The notes under the pieces: generated by a model
Told to the model about the DNA's origin: nothing
Seen by the model: the letters and a program-made list of their open reading frames with translations, nothing else
Databases searched by the model: none
Shown here: positions 10,284 to 19,452 of the stretch, one piece after another
How the letters are laid out: each line of letters starts with the position of its first letter
Numbering within the stretch: position 1 is the stretch's first letter
Translations under genes and position numbers: made by a program
Assembly: GCA_003279455.1 (NCBI GenBank)
Contig: QCHU01000003.1
Coordinates: 12,367 to 76,366, forward strand
Length of the DNA: 64,000 nt
Reading direction: 5' to 3'
Source: Prochlorococcus sp. AG-402-G19
Lineage (GTDB): Bacteria; Cyanobacteriota; Cyanobacteriia; PCC-6307; Cyanobiaceae

Positions 10284-11834
10284 ATGAAATTAATAAGGCC
10301 AGTATCAACTTTATTAACATTAATCCCATCACTAGCTTACATTCCAATTCTAATAGAAATCAGCAAAGGATTTCATTTTGGGGGTCTAAATATCATATTT
10401 CTATTCATAAGCTCAGCAATAAAACCATCGTTAAATCAAGAAGTAGTTAAAAGCGCATGGGAAGGACTCCAAATAACAATTGCTACTGCTTTAACTAGTT
10501 GGGTTATAAGTATGTTTATTGGAATTCTTTTAGGTGTACTATCTACAAATTTATTTTGGAAAAGTATTCCTAAATTTTCTTATTTAGGTAAATTCATAAA
10601 ATACTCATTAGCAATTCCAAGATCAATACATGAAGTAGTTTGGGGCTTGCTATTTATACAAATCTTAGGTTTGAATATTTGGGTGGCAATTATAGCTATA
10701 GTCATCCCCTATTCATCCTTAACAGCAAGAGTAATTTCAGAGCAACTAGATAGTTTTGACATACAACCCCTAATAGCAATTAAGAAAACTGGATCTAATG
10801 TTATGAGCTCATTTATAACTATTTTACTACCAAAGTTAATATCTATCTTATCTACATATGGAAGTTATAGATTTGAATGTGCAATTAGAGGTGTAACATT
10901 ACTTGGAATATTTGGATTAGGAGGTATAGGAACAGAACTATATTTAACTTTAAAATCCTTTGAGTTCAATGAAATGTGGACTTGTTTGTGGATGCTTTGG
11001 TTAGTAATGATTTTATTAGAGAAATTTATAAGATTTTTAAGAAGTTATTTATCTGAAAATATTATTTTCAAAAATTCTTTCTTAATTTCAATATCAATAT
11101 TTCTACTATCTCTATCGTTAGGTATTAGTTGGCTTTATAATCTAAATTTTGAGATATTTACTCCATTAAGCTTTTCGTATTTAGATTTACCTTCATTCGT
11201 AGAGATAAGAAATGGATTTAATACCTTACCTCTGTTTAAACTAATCACTACAACAATTTTAATAACTTTTTTCGCGTCTGGGATTGCAATAGGGACACCT
11301 CCACTTTTACTAGTATTATTCCCAGGTAAAATTCCTCTAAAAGTTCAAAATCTTATTTGGATCTTCTTTAGATTGATACCTCCTCCATTGACCACTATAC
11401 TTATTCTTCTTTTTTCTAATCCTAGTACATCTGTAGCCGCATTATCACTAGGAATTACACATATGGGTGTCATGGGAAGATTACTTACAGACAACATACT
11501 AAATCAAGAAAAAAGTATTTATCGAGCAATTAAATGCAATGGTTCAAGCAAGAAATCAGCAACACTTTATGGAATATTAGCCCCCCAAAGTAATAGTTAC
11601 ATAGCTTATGGAGCATATAGAACTGACGTAATCCTAAAGGAAACAATAATTATAGGTGCAGTCGGAGGAGTAGGATTAGGTTGGCAATTACAGGAATCAT
11701 TAAGCTCATTCGATTGGGCACAAGTCATGATAATAACTGCTACTTTCTCTTTATTAACAATGTCAGGAGAATTTTTATTTAACACTTCTCAAAATTATTG
11801 GTTAAAGAACTCAACCAACAATTTCATTAATTAG
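10284..11834 (+). CDS. phnE: phosphonate-type ABC transporter permease (fused double PhnE)
   Basis: Two permease halves (RSIHEVVWG..YRFE..GGIG and FRLIPP..YRTD..VGLG). Confidence 0.85.
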   Translation: MKLIRPVSTLLTLIPSLAYIPILIEISKGFHFGGLNIIFLFISSAIKPSLNQEVVKSAWEGLQITIATALTSWVISMFIGILLGVLSTNLFWKSIPKFSYLGKFIKYSLAIPRSIHEVVWGLLFIQILGLNIWVAIIAIVIPYSSLTARVISEQLDSFDIQPLIAIKKTGSNVMSSFITILLPKLISILSTYGSYRFECAIRGVTLLGIFGLGGIGTELYLTLKSFEFNEMWTCLWMLWLVMILLEKFIRFLRSYLSENIIFKNSFLISISIFLLSLSLGISWLYNLNFEIFTPLSFSYLDLPSFVEIRNGFNTLPLFKLITTTILITFFASGIAIGTPPLLLVLFPGKIPLKVQNLIWIFFRLIPPPLTTILILLFSNPSTSVAALSLGITHMGVMGRLLTDNILNQEKSIYRAIKCNGSSKKSATLYGILAPQSNSYIAYGAYRTDVILKETIIIGAVGGVGLGWQLQESLSSFDWAQVMIITATFSLLTMSGEFLFNTSQNYWLKNSTNNFIN

Positions 11835-11858
11835 TGATTTTATTCAACATATCGACTT

Positions 11859-12506
11859 ATGAATAAATATCAGAAAAAATTAATAATAATTGGAGATAGT
11901 GGTGTCTACGGATGGGGAGATCTAGAGGGAGGGGGATGGTCTGAGAGATTAAGACAAAACTGGTTGAATTTAGATGGTGCCCCTATCATTTATTCTCTTG
12001 GAGTAAGAGGAGATGGATTAGAGAAAGTTGCTATAAGATATAAGAATGAGTGGGCAACAAGGGGAGAATTAAGGAGAAAAGTTCCTGAAGGTATTTTGCT
12101 ATCAATTGGATTAAATGATACAGCTAGAATTGGAAGAAAAGATGGCAGGCCCCAGCTTTCCGAAGATGCTTTTAAATTTGGCTTAAAACAATTAGTAAAC
12201 GAAATCAAGAATGAAGTAGATATAATGGTTATTGGATTAACACCTGTTAATGAAGACTCAATGCCTTTCGCAGAATGTCTTTGGTATTCAAATCAAGCTT
12301 GTTCTAAATATGAAAATAAAATTGAAGAAACTTGCTTAGAATTAAATGTCCCGTTTTTATCTATCCATGAGAAAATGATCAACCTATTATCATTTAAAGA
12401 ATTGCTCTCATCAGATGGAATACATCTAAATACTAAGGGTCATAAATGGATTTATGACCAAATTAGCGAGTGGCCAGCACTGAAGAATTGGGCTGATTTA
12501 AAATAA
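11859..12506 (+). CDS. GDSL/SGNH esterase
   Basis: IIGDS, GLND and DGIHL blocks. Confidence 0.88.
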   Translation: MNKYQKKLIIIGDSGVYGWGDLEGGGWSERLRQNWLNLDGAPIIYSLGVRGDGLEKVAIRYKNEWATRGELRRKVPEGILLSIGLNDTARIGRKDGRPQLSEDAFKFGLKQLVNEIKNEVDIMVIGLTPVNEDSMPFAECLWYSNQACSKYENKIEETCLELNVPFLSIHEKMINLLSFKELLSSDGIHLNTKGHKWIYDQISEWPALKNWADLK

Positions 12507-12511
12507 ATATT

Positions 12512-13255
12512 TCAAACAAACTTCAAATATAAAAAGATAGAAATGATAGCGGCTATAGATGTCTGGATAGAGTTAACTAATTCATTAGTCATCCAATCAA
12601 TCTGATTTTGAACCACTGCTCCAATATAACTTTCCAAAAAAGTTGCCAAATAGCCAGATAAGAAAACTATAAACGCAACAGAAAATCCAGAAATGATCGA
12701 TAGATTAAGCATAAACAGAGTCATGATAAGACTTCCTAACAAGCCTGCTATCGAACCTTCGATGCTTATTGCCCCTTCTGTCCCTGGTGATACAGGCTTT
12801 AAAGTCGTAATTAGAAAAGTTCTTTTACCAAATCTTTTGCCAATTTCACTTGAAAACGTATCGGAAAGTTTTGCACTGAAACTGGAAGCAAAACCTACCA
12901 TAAATAAATTTAAAAAATTTGGCCAAAGACAACTTAATAAGGCGAGCGAACAACCTGTTGCTGCAGACCCCCATACATTTTCAGGGCCACGTTGACCACC
13001 TCTTGCTTCAGCAATCCCTCGGGAAGCTTTATTTTTGTATCCAATTTTTGTAACTAAAGTTCCCAACAAGAGATATACACAAACTGATAGCCAACCATTC
13101 CAACCAACAGATCCTAATAACAGTGTTCCAAGTATTCCAGCATGAATCCAACCTTTCTTAGTTAAAAATGGAAGCCTATGTCCCAAAAATATCAACAAGA
13201 AATTAATCAAAAAAGCATTAATCCAAATACCACTAATAAAAGAGAAGTTAGCCAT
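12512..13255 (-). CDS. DUF92/TIGR00297 membrane protein (VTE6/TMEM19-like)
   Basis: RGPENVWGSA, SDTFSSEIG, PGTEGAISIEG, ESYIGA, NELVN. Confidence 0.85.
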   Translation of the reverse strand: MANFSFISGIWINAFLINFLLIFLGHRLPFLTKKGWIHAGILGTLLLGSVGWNGWLSVCVYLLLGTLVTKIGYKNKASRGIAEARGGQRGPENVWGSAATGCSLALLSCLWPNFLNLFMVGFASSFSAKLSDTFSSEIGKRFGKRTFLITTLKPVSPGTEGAISIEGSIAGLLGSLIMTLFMLNLSIISGFSVAFIVFLSGYLATFLESYIGAVVQNQIDWMTNELVNSIQTSIAAIISIFLYLKFV

Positions 13256-13318
13256 CGTTCCTAATCAGCATGCCTGTTTCTAAACAATAGACGGTTTTAT
13301 GTTCAAAAATATTCAATC

Positions 13319-14083
13319 TTAAAGGGATGATTTAAGTCTTCTCCATGAAGCCATTAACTGACAGGCACTTACTGCAGCTGTTGATGTCCTCAAAATAGTT
13401 TCTCCCATAGATACCCCAGATAAGCCAGAGTCAAAAGCTAATGCCTCTTCATCTTTATTCCAGCCTCCCTCTGGGCCAACTACCACCCAAACTTGATTGA
13501 CTTTATTTGGTGTTTTATTCAACCAATTCACACAATCTTTCAAGTTTTGAATGCGTGTTGTGGCAAATCCGATTTGGGCTTCGGAAGGCAAATCATTTAT
13601 CCAATTGGGAAATGTCAATGCCTGCATTAGTTCTGGACTCCAGAGTCTTTCAGATTGCTCAACGGCTTCATGAATGATTTTTTGAAATCTAATAATTTTT
13701 TCGTTATTACATTCTTTAACTACTGAGCGTTTTGAAATTAATGGTTGAATTATGTCAACACCTATCTCACAACTCATTTGCAAAAAGTTTTCAAACCCTT
13801 TTTTAGGAATAACTACAGCAATGCCTATTAATGGAATCTTTCTTGAAACGACTTGAATAGGTCTATCAAAACCATTAGTAAATTTTATAGTTTTTTTTTC
13901 AACAATTTTTGCGTTCCAAAGATGACCTTTTCCATCAACAACCTCTAAAAGATCTTCCGATCTCATCCTCATAACCCTAGATAAATAATGAGATTCATTA
14001 GAGGTCAATATCAACTCTCCATTTGAATCGATTTCATCACTTAATCGATTTGGATTTATAAATAATCTTCTTTTCTCAGCCAT
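13319..14083 (-). CDS. rsmE: 16S rRNA (uracil-1498-N3)-methyltransferase
   Basis: HYLSRVMRM, EAVEQSER, VGPEGG, ILRTSTA. Confidence 0.93.
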   Translation of the reverse strand: MAEKRRLFINPNRLSDEIDSNGELILTSNESHYLSRVMRMRSEDLLEVVDGKGHLWNAKIVEKKTIKFTNGFDRPIQVVSRKIPLIGIAVVIPKKGFENFLQMSCEIGVDIIQPLISKRSVVKECNNEKIIRFQKIIHEAVEQSERLWSPELMQALTFPNWINDLPSEAQIGFATTRIQNLKDCVNWLNKTPNKVNQVWVVVGPEGGWNKDEEALAFDSGLSGVSMGETILRTSTAAVSACQLMASWRRLKSSL

Positions 14084-14089
14084 AGAAAA

Positions 14090-14545
14090 TTAATCTGTTG
14101 AAGAAAAAATTGCATCAGGATGTTCTTCTACTGGCCAATCTTGATTGACTCCTCCGATAATTAATTCCTCTATTTTCACAACATCAACATCCATTTGTTT
14201 TAGTACATTTATCAAAACATCTATTGCGATGAGGTCAGAAGTACCTAAATCGACCCAACATCTAGCCCAACACTCGTTAAATTCAAATTCTCCAAGATTA
14301 TGCATTAATGATGGAAGACGAGAAGAGGTATCTTCATTTTCATAGCTCATCCAACTGACATCTGAACCCATTTCGTGCGTTTGCAAATTTTCAGAATTAA
14401 ATCCCCCAAGCCTGCCTAGCACATACCAAGAATCAAAAATGCCGTCAACGTATTCTTTTTCTCCCTTACTTGGAACCTCTGAATATCTAAGCCATATCCA
14501 ACAATTGAAAGGATCAACTTCACGAAATCGAACTTCCATAAACAA
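14090..14545 (-). CDS. DUF3531 family protein
   Basis: VRFREVDPFNCWIW, SWYVLGRLGGFNSENLQ, WVDLGTSD. Confidence 0.85.
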   Translation of the reverse strand: MFMEVRFREVDPFNCWIWLRYSEVPSKGEKEYVDGIFDSWYVLGRLGGFNSENLQTHEMGSDVSWMSYENEDTSSRLPSLMHNLGEFEFNECWARCWVDLGTSDLIAIDVLINVLKQMDVDVVKIEELIIGGVNQDWPVEEHPDAIFSSTD

Positions 14546-14654
14546 TAGGTCTTAAAAAAGAAAAACTAAAAGCTATCAAACATAATCTAATGTAAATTGA
14601 TTAAAGAAAATTAAAAAATCTTTATTTAGTTGATCAAAACCTCAATAAAAAAGA

Positions 14655-15281
14655 ATGCTTTGTTTAAAAAATATTTATTACCATCCCTCAACAGCAGAGG
14701 ACCCAATCCTTAGAGATTTGTGTTTAAAATCAAATTCTGGAAAAATTACAATAGTTAGAGGGCCCAGTGGAAGTGGAAAAACTACATTACTAGAAATCAT
14801 TAGCGGTCTATCGGGATATCAAAAAGGAGAAATAACATGGTTCAACAAAGCTCTAAATGCACGTCAGCGCAGGTCGTTATGTGGATTAGTTTTTCAATTT
14901 CCAGAAAGATATTTTCTTGGATTATCGGTAGCTCAAGAATTACGTCTTGGACATAAGAGGTTAACGACTGAAGAACAAATTTCAGCTCTCACAAAAGTGG
15001 GGTTAATCCACTTAGATTTAAAGAAGCCGCCAGAATCTCTTAGTGGAGGACAACAACGACGACTAGCCATTGCTGTTCAACTATTAAGGAGTCCAAAAGT
15101 ACTTTTATTGGACGAACCAACAGCAGGTTTAGATTGGTCAGTAAGAAACGGAATTATAGAATTACTCGCAAAGCTTAAAAACAAGCAAACGATTCTAATA
15201 GTTACACATGAACCCGAACTTTTTAAAAATTTTAATACCGAAAATTATGAGTTACACAATGGTCAACTGATCCCTGAGTAA
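14655..15281 (+). CDS. ABC ATP-binding protein (ECF/CbiO-like), no adjacent permease
   Basis: GPSGSGKTT, GLVFQFPE, LSGGQQRR, LLDEPTAGLD. Confidence 0.85.
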   Translation: MLCLKNIYYHPSTAEDPILRDLCLKSNSGKITIVRGPSGSGKTTLLEIISGLSGYQKGEITWFNKALNARQRRSLCGLVFQFPERYFLGLSVAQELRLGHKRLTTEEQISALTKVGLIHLDLKKPPESLSGGQQRRLAIAVQLLRSPKVLLLDEPTAGLDWSVRNGIIELLAKLKNKQTILIVTHEPELFKNFNTENYELHNGQLIPE

Positions 15282-15297
15282 AAAATTCAACTAATCA

Positions 15298-16197
15298 ATG
15301 ACAGATTCACTAGTTAGAGCTACTGCTGCGAAAGGAGGGATCAGGCTAGTTGCCGTATCAACAACTGACTCAACAAAAGAAGCAAAAGAAAGACATTCTC
15401 TTTCATATTTAACTTCTGCAATTGTAGGTAGGGCCATGAGTGCAAGCCTCTTACTTGCAAGCTCAATGAAGGTAAATCATGGAAGGGTGACTTTGAGGAT
15501 AAGCTCAAATGGACCACTAAAAGGATTAACTATTGATGCGGGTAGAGATGGAAGTGTGAGAGGTTACGTTGGCAACCCAAGTCTTGAATTAGACCTAATT
15601 AAAAATAAAAACAATCACTATACATTTGATTTTAAAAAAGCTACAGGCATTGGCTATCTTCACGTTATTAGAGACGATGGGAAAGGTGAACCGCACAACA
15701 GCACAGTTGAATTAATTAATGGAGGTATAGGTGAAGACATAGCTTCCTATTTATTACATTCTGAACAAACTCCATCAGCTGTGTTTGTTGGAGAAAGAAT
15801 TAATCAGGATGGAATAGTTTGTAGCGGTGGACTTCTAGCACAAATACTACCCAAAGCAGAACGAGACTATTCATTGATAGCCCTACTTGAAGATCGATGT
15901 AAAGAAATCAGCTCTTTTAGTGACTTATTAATAAAAAAAGGGACAAACCTTATTTCTCTAATTGAAGAAATTTTTCCTGATCTTGATCAATCACATTCAG
16001 ATATTATTAGCACATCTCAAGAAGTTCTTTTTAAATGTAGATGCTCTAGAGAAAGAAGCTTATCAGCATTGAAAATATTGGGGGAAAAAGAGCTTCAGGA
16101 AATGATAAAACAGGATGGGAAAGCAGAACTTACATGTCAATTCTGCAAAAATGTTTATCTTATTAACGAAGATGAATTGTTATCTTTAATCGATTAA
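15298..16197 (+). CDS. hslO: Hsp33 redox-regulated chaperone
   Basis: DSLVRA start, SEQTPSA, zinc motif CRCS...CQFC. Confidence 0.95.
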   Translation: MTDSLVRATAAKGGIRLVAVSTTDSTKEAKERHSLSYLTSAIVGRAMSASLLLASSMKVNHGRVTLRISSNGPLKGLTIDAGRDGSVRGYVGNPSLELDLIKNKNNHYTFDFKKATGIGYLHVIRDDGKGEPHNSTVELINGGIGEDIASYLLHSEQTPSAVFVGERINQDGIVCSGGLLAQILPKAERDYSLIALLEDRCKEISSFSDLLIKKGTNLISLIEEIFPDLDQSHSDIISTSQEVLFKCRCSRERSLSALKILGEKELQEMIKQDGKAELTCQFCKNVYLINEDELLSLID

Positions 16198-16201
16198 AGG
16201 A

Positions 16202-16891
16202 TTAATCAAGGAAAATCACTCCTAACCAAAGTAAAAATACTGCGGGTATCGCCTCAAATTTATCTGAAGATAATGATCCAGCGTTGTCAATAAATGATTC
16301 AGCACCACCCAAAAGTAATGAACCAGATAGAAGTCCAATACTGAGAAGAAGAATGCACCAGATAATAGAGGAAAAGAAAGGCCTACCTCTGCGAGACTGA
16401 CTAATGAATAAGCCTATTGTTGAGAATGAAAGTATTAATTCAACACTTTCAGAAGGCACAATTAAAACAAGTAAAAAAGCCAATATTCCAAAAGAAATTC
16501 TTATATTTAATTCTTGTCCAGAGGGCAACTCTAAGCTTGGTAAAAAATTAGATGTTGACGCCTCATATTTAGGAAGATTGAAATTTTTCAACCTAGTGAG
16601 AAGAGAACCAGGTCCTATGTCACCAACTTTCTTTGCTTCATTTTCTTTCTTTGATGCAGTTATTGCCTCGTTACTTGCGTTACCTAGTTGTCTTGACTTA
16701 AGACTTACCATTAACAATGAATCATAAGCAGCTTCTATTTTTGCTTTAGTTATTTGGTCTTGTCCTGCCTCTATTAACTTTTTGTCCCTTGCTTCTTGAA
16801 TAGCATCAAAACTTGCACCCTCATTTATTCCAAGTATCAAATATGGATCTTGTGAATTTGAATTGGATTGTGAATTAGTACCCGGATCCAT
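16202..16891 (-). CDS. CPP1-like (DUF3353) J-like membrane protein
   Basis: DPYLILGI..ASFDAIQEARD..IEAAYD.LLM..L..RQ.G, C-terminal TMs. Confidence 0.82.
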   Translation of the reverse strand: MDPGTNSQSNSNSQDPYLILGINEGASFDAIQEARDKKLIEAGQDQITKAKIEAAYDSLLMVSLKSRQLGNASNEAITASKKENEAKKVGDIGPGSLLTRLKNFNLPKYEASTSNFLPSLELPSGQELNIRISFGILAFLLVLIVPSESVELILSFSTIGLFISQSRRGRPFFSSIIWCILLLSIGLLSGSLLLGGAESFIDNAGSLSSDKFEAIPAVFLLWLGVIFLD

Positions 16892-16951
16892 AGATTTTCA
16901 AAGAGAATTTATGAACTCTCTTCATTAGTTAGATATTAATATTAATCCATT

Positions 16952-18619
16952 TTAAAGGGAAACAGGATCAACACCACTGACAACCGGAGCAACTGAGTTT
17001 AATTCCATTTCAGGATGATCTTCCTTTAACTGATTTAGATTCCATTCATTTTTAAAAAGCAGTACGGGTCTAAGCCAAGCATCCTGAACAGTTTTGCAAT
17101 TAAAAATCCTACCAACCTCCTCTAAAACCGGCCATCCCCCTTTTACCCATCTAGCAACTTGGAAACCCATTTGTTCAAGCCTAGTTTCCACTCCATATTC
17201 ACTAGCAAGTCGATGTTGTACTACCTCAAGCTGAAGCTGACCAACTGCGGCCAAAATTGGATCTCTTTTGCTTTGATCTTTATCGTAAAGAATTTGGACT
17301 GCTCCCTCCTCTCTCAATTCATTTACACCTTTTCTAAAGTTCTTAAAAGCCGAAGGATTTGGATTTCTTAGCCAGCTAAATATCTCAGGACTAAAACAAG
17401 GAATTCCCTCAAATTCAACTCTAGGTCCAATAAACAATGTATCTCCAATAGAAAACATCCCTGGATTATTCAAACCAATAACATCTCCAGGGTAAGCATC
17501 ATCAACAACGGCCCTATCTTGACCAAAAATCTTTTGGGGCCTTGAGAGTCTGATTTGTTTACCCGTCCTAGCGTGTTGAACTGTCATATCTTTTTTAAAT
17601 CTCCCACTACATACCCGCACGAAGGCCACTCTGTCTCTATGTTTTGGATCCATATTTGCTTGTAATTTAAATACAAATCCACTAAATGATTTTCTTGTAG
17701 GAGAGATTGGTCCATCAAAGCTATTTCGAGCAACGGGTCCCTGAGATAGCTCAAGAAAATTATCTAAAAATGGCCTAACCCCGAAGTTAGTCATTGCAGA
17801 TCCAAAAAACACAGGAGTTAATTCACCAGATAAAATTAACTCTTTATCTAGATCACAACCAGCCTCATCAAGTATCTCAATCTCTTCAAGTGCTTTTGTC
17901 AATAGTTCTTCTTCTACTAAATTTTTAAGTTCCGGATCATTAACTTTCAACCTTATTTCACTAGATTGCTTTCCTCTTTCTGCTCGAGAAAACAAAACAA
18001 CCTCTTTGGTTTCACGCTCAACAACACCTCTAAAAAGCTCACCACTTCCGATTGGCCAATTGACTGCAAAGGTTGATAATCCTAATTCAGACTCAATCTC
18101 ATCTAATAATTCCAGCGGTTCTTGACCTGGCCTATCCATCTTATTGATGAAGGTAAAAATTGGAATTTGACGCATTCTGCAAACCTCAAAAAGCTTTCTT
18201 GTTTGAGGTTCCAGTCCTTTAGCTGCATCCTCAAGCATCACAGCATTATCAGCAGCGGCAAGAGTCCTATACGTATCTTCCGAAAAATCTTGGTGACCAG
18301 GGGTATCTAATAAATTAATAGTCTTATCTTTATAAGCAAATTGTAAAACAGTTGATGTGATTGATATGCCTCTTTGTTTTTCAAGCTCCATCCAGTCAGA
18401 AGTGACTTTTCTCTGCTCTCCTCTAGCTTTTACTGCTCCTGCTTGTTGAATAGCTCCACCATAAAGTAAAAGTTTTTCTGTCAAAGTCGTTTTCCCTGCA
18501 TCAGGGTGGGAAATAATCGCAAAATTTCTTCTTTTAGCAACCTCCGTACTTAAAGATATAGTTAGTTCCTCTTCTAAAGTTTGATCTAAATTAGTTTTGT
18601 CTTGGGGAGTTGATTTCAT
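16952..18619 (-). CDS. prfC: peptide chain release factor 3
   Basis: [43 protein letters not shown]. Confidence 0.98.
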   Translation of the reverse strand: MKSTPQDKTNLDQTLEEELTISLSTEVAKRRNFAIISHPDAGKTTLTEKLLLYGGAIQQAGAVKARGEQRKVTSDWMELEKQRGISITSTVLQFAYKDKTINLLDTPGHQDFSEDTYRTLAAADNAVMLEDAAKGLEPQTRKLFEVCRMRQIPIFTFINKMDRPGQEPLELLDEIESELGLSTFAVNWPIGSGELFRGVVERETKEVVLFSRAERGKQSSEIRLKVNDPELKNLVEEELLTKALEEIEILDEAGCDLDKELILSGELTPVFFGSAMTNFGVRPFLDNFLELSQGPVARNSFDGPISPTRKSFSGFVFKLQANMDPKHRDRVAFVRVCSGRFKKDMTVQHARTGKQIRLSRPQKIFGQDRAVVDDAYPGDVIGLNNPGMFSIGDTLFIGPRVEFEGIPCFSPEIFSWLRNPNPSAFKNFRKGVNELREEGAVQILYDKDQSKRDPILAAVGQLQLEVVQHRLASEYGVETRLEQMGFQVARWVKGGWPVLEEVGRIFNCKTVQDAWLRPVLLFKNEWNLNQLKEDHPEMELNSVAPVVSGVDPVSL

Positions 18620-18655
18620 TATTGTTTTTGGTTGTTCAATTGTTCAGGGAAAAGA

Positions 18656-19339
18656 TTAAATACACCCATTAATCTCAAAATAAAGCTCATCAACTTGAAA
18701 AACCTCTAATTGAGACAACCCTGCATCGACAAGCTGTTGAGATACTTCCTCAACTGTAAATGATGCCTTGAGAGATGCGTAAAAATCCTTTTTTAGAATT
18801 TCTGGAGAATTTGAAAGATGTTTTTCTTTTAGCTCAAATGCTTTTTTCAGAGAAGCAGGCCTTATTAAATCACGATGGATATGAATAGACTTTGTTTTAC
18901 CAAGTTTTTTTAATGCATCCCAAAAACAATAAGGATCGTGAAAATGATGCAAGGCACTATTACTGACTAGGACATCAGCTTTAGAAGGAACATGTATACC
19001 ACCTGAGGCTATCGAATTGATGTCAATCAATTCATAAGAGAGATTCTTCGTAAGATTGCCTGAAAGTCTGTTTTCTGCTTCTTTCAACATTTCCTTTGAG
19101 CCATCAATTCCAACAACATTTGCAAAAGGCCAATTCTTGGCAACTCTCTCTGCAATATTTCCTGGCCCACATGCCATATCAAAAATTAAATCATTTTTAT
19201 TAAGAGTTCTTCCTGCATTTTTTAAATATTTTTCGAGCGATTTAACAACCATAGAATCACTCCTAGAGAAGTCCGCATCCGCATAAGCCCTTACCTGCGA
19301 AGGGATTTGCATAAGTTCTGGTTCGGGTGTTCTCTTCAT
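18656..19339 (-). CDS. class I SAM-dependent methyltransferase
   Basis: MKRTPEPELM start, DMACGPG, GIDGS, SNSALHH. Confidence 0.88.
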   Translation of the reverse strand: MKRTPEPELMQIPSQVRAYADADFSRSDSMVVKSLEKYLKNAGRTLNKNDLIFDMACGPGNIAERVAKNWPFANVVGIDGSKEMLKEAENRLSGNLTKNLSYELIDINSIASGGIHVPSKADVLVSNSALHHFHDPYCFWDALKKLGKTKSIHIHRDLIRPASLKKAFELKEKHLSNSPEILKKDFYASLKASFTVEEVSQQLVDAGLSQLEVFQVDELYFEINGCI

Positions 19340-19372
19340 TACTAAAAGAAAAAATTTGTTTATTTCTTTGGA

Positions 19373-19419
19373 GCCCTGTAGATGGTGTTAAAAAAACTTG
19401 CTAACGCTATACATGGCGT
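19373..19419 (+). promoter_or_regulatory. tandem NrdR boxes upstream of nrdJ
   Basis: GCCCTGTAGATGGTGT (19373-19388) and ACGCTATACATGGCGT (19404-19419) resemble acaCwAtATaTwGtgt and start 31 bp apart, the typical spacing. Confidence 0.8.
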
Positions 19420-19452
19420 TACCGTAGTACTTACCAAAGGGATACAAAGATT

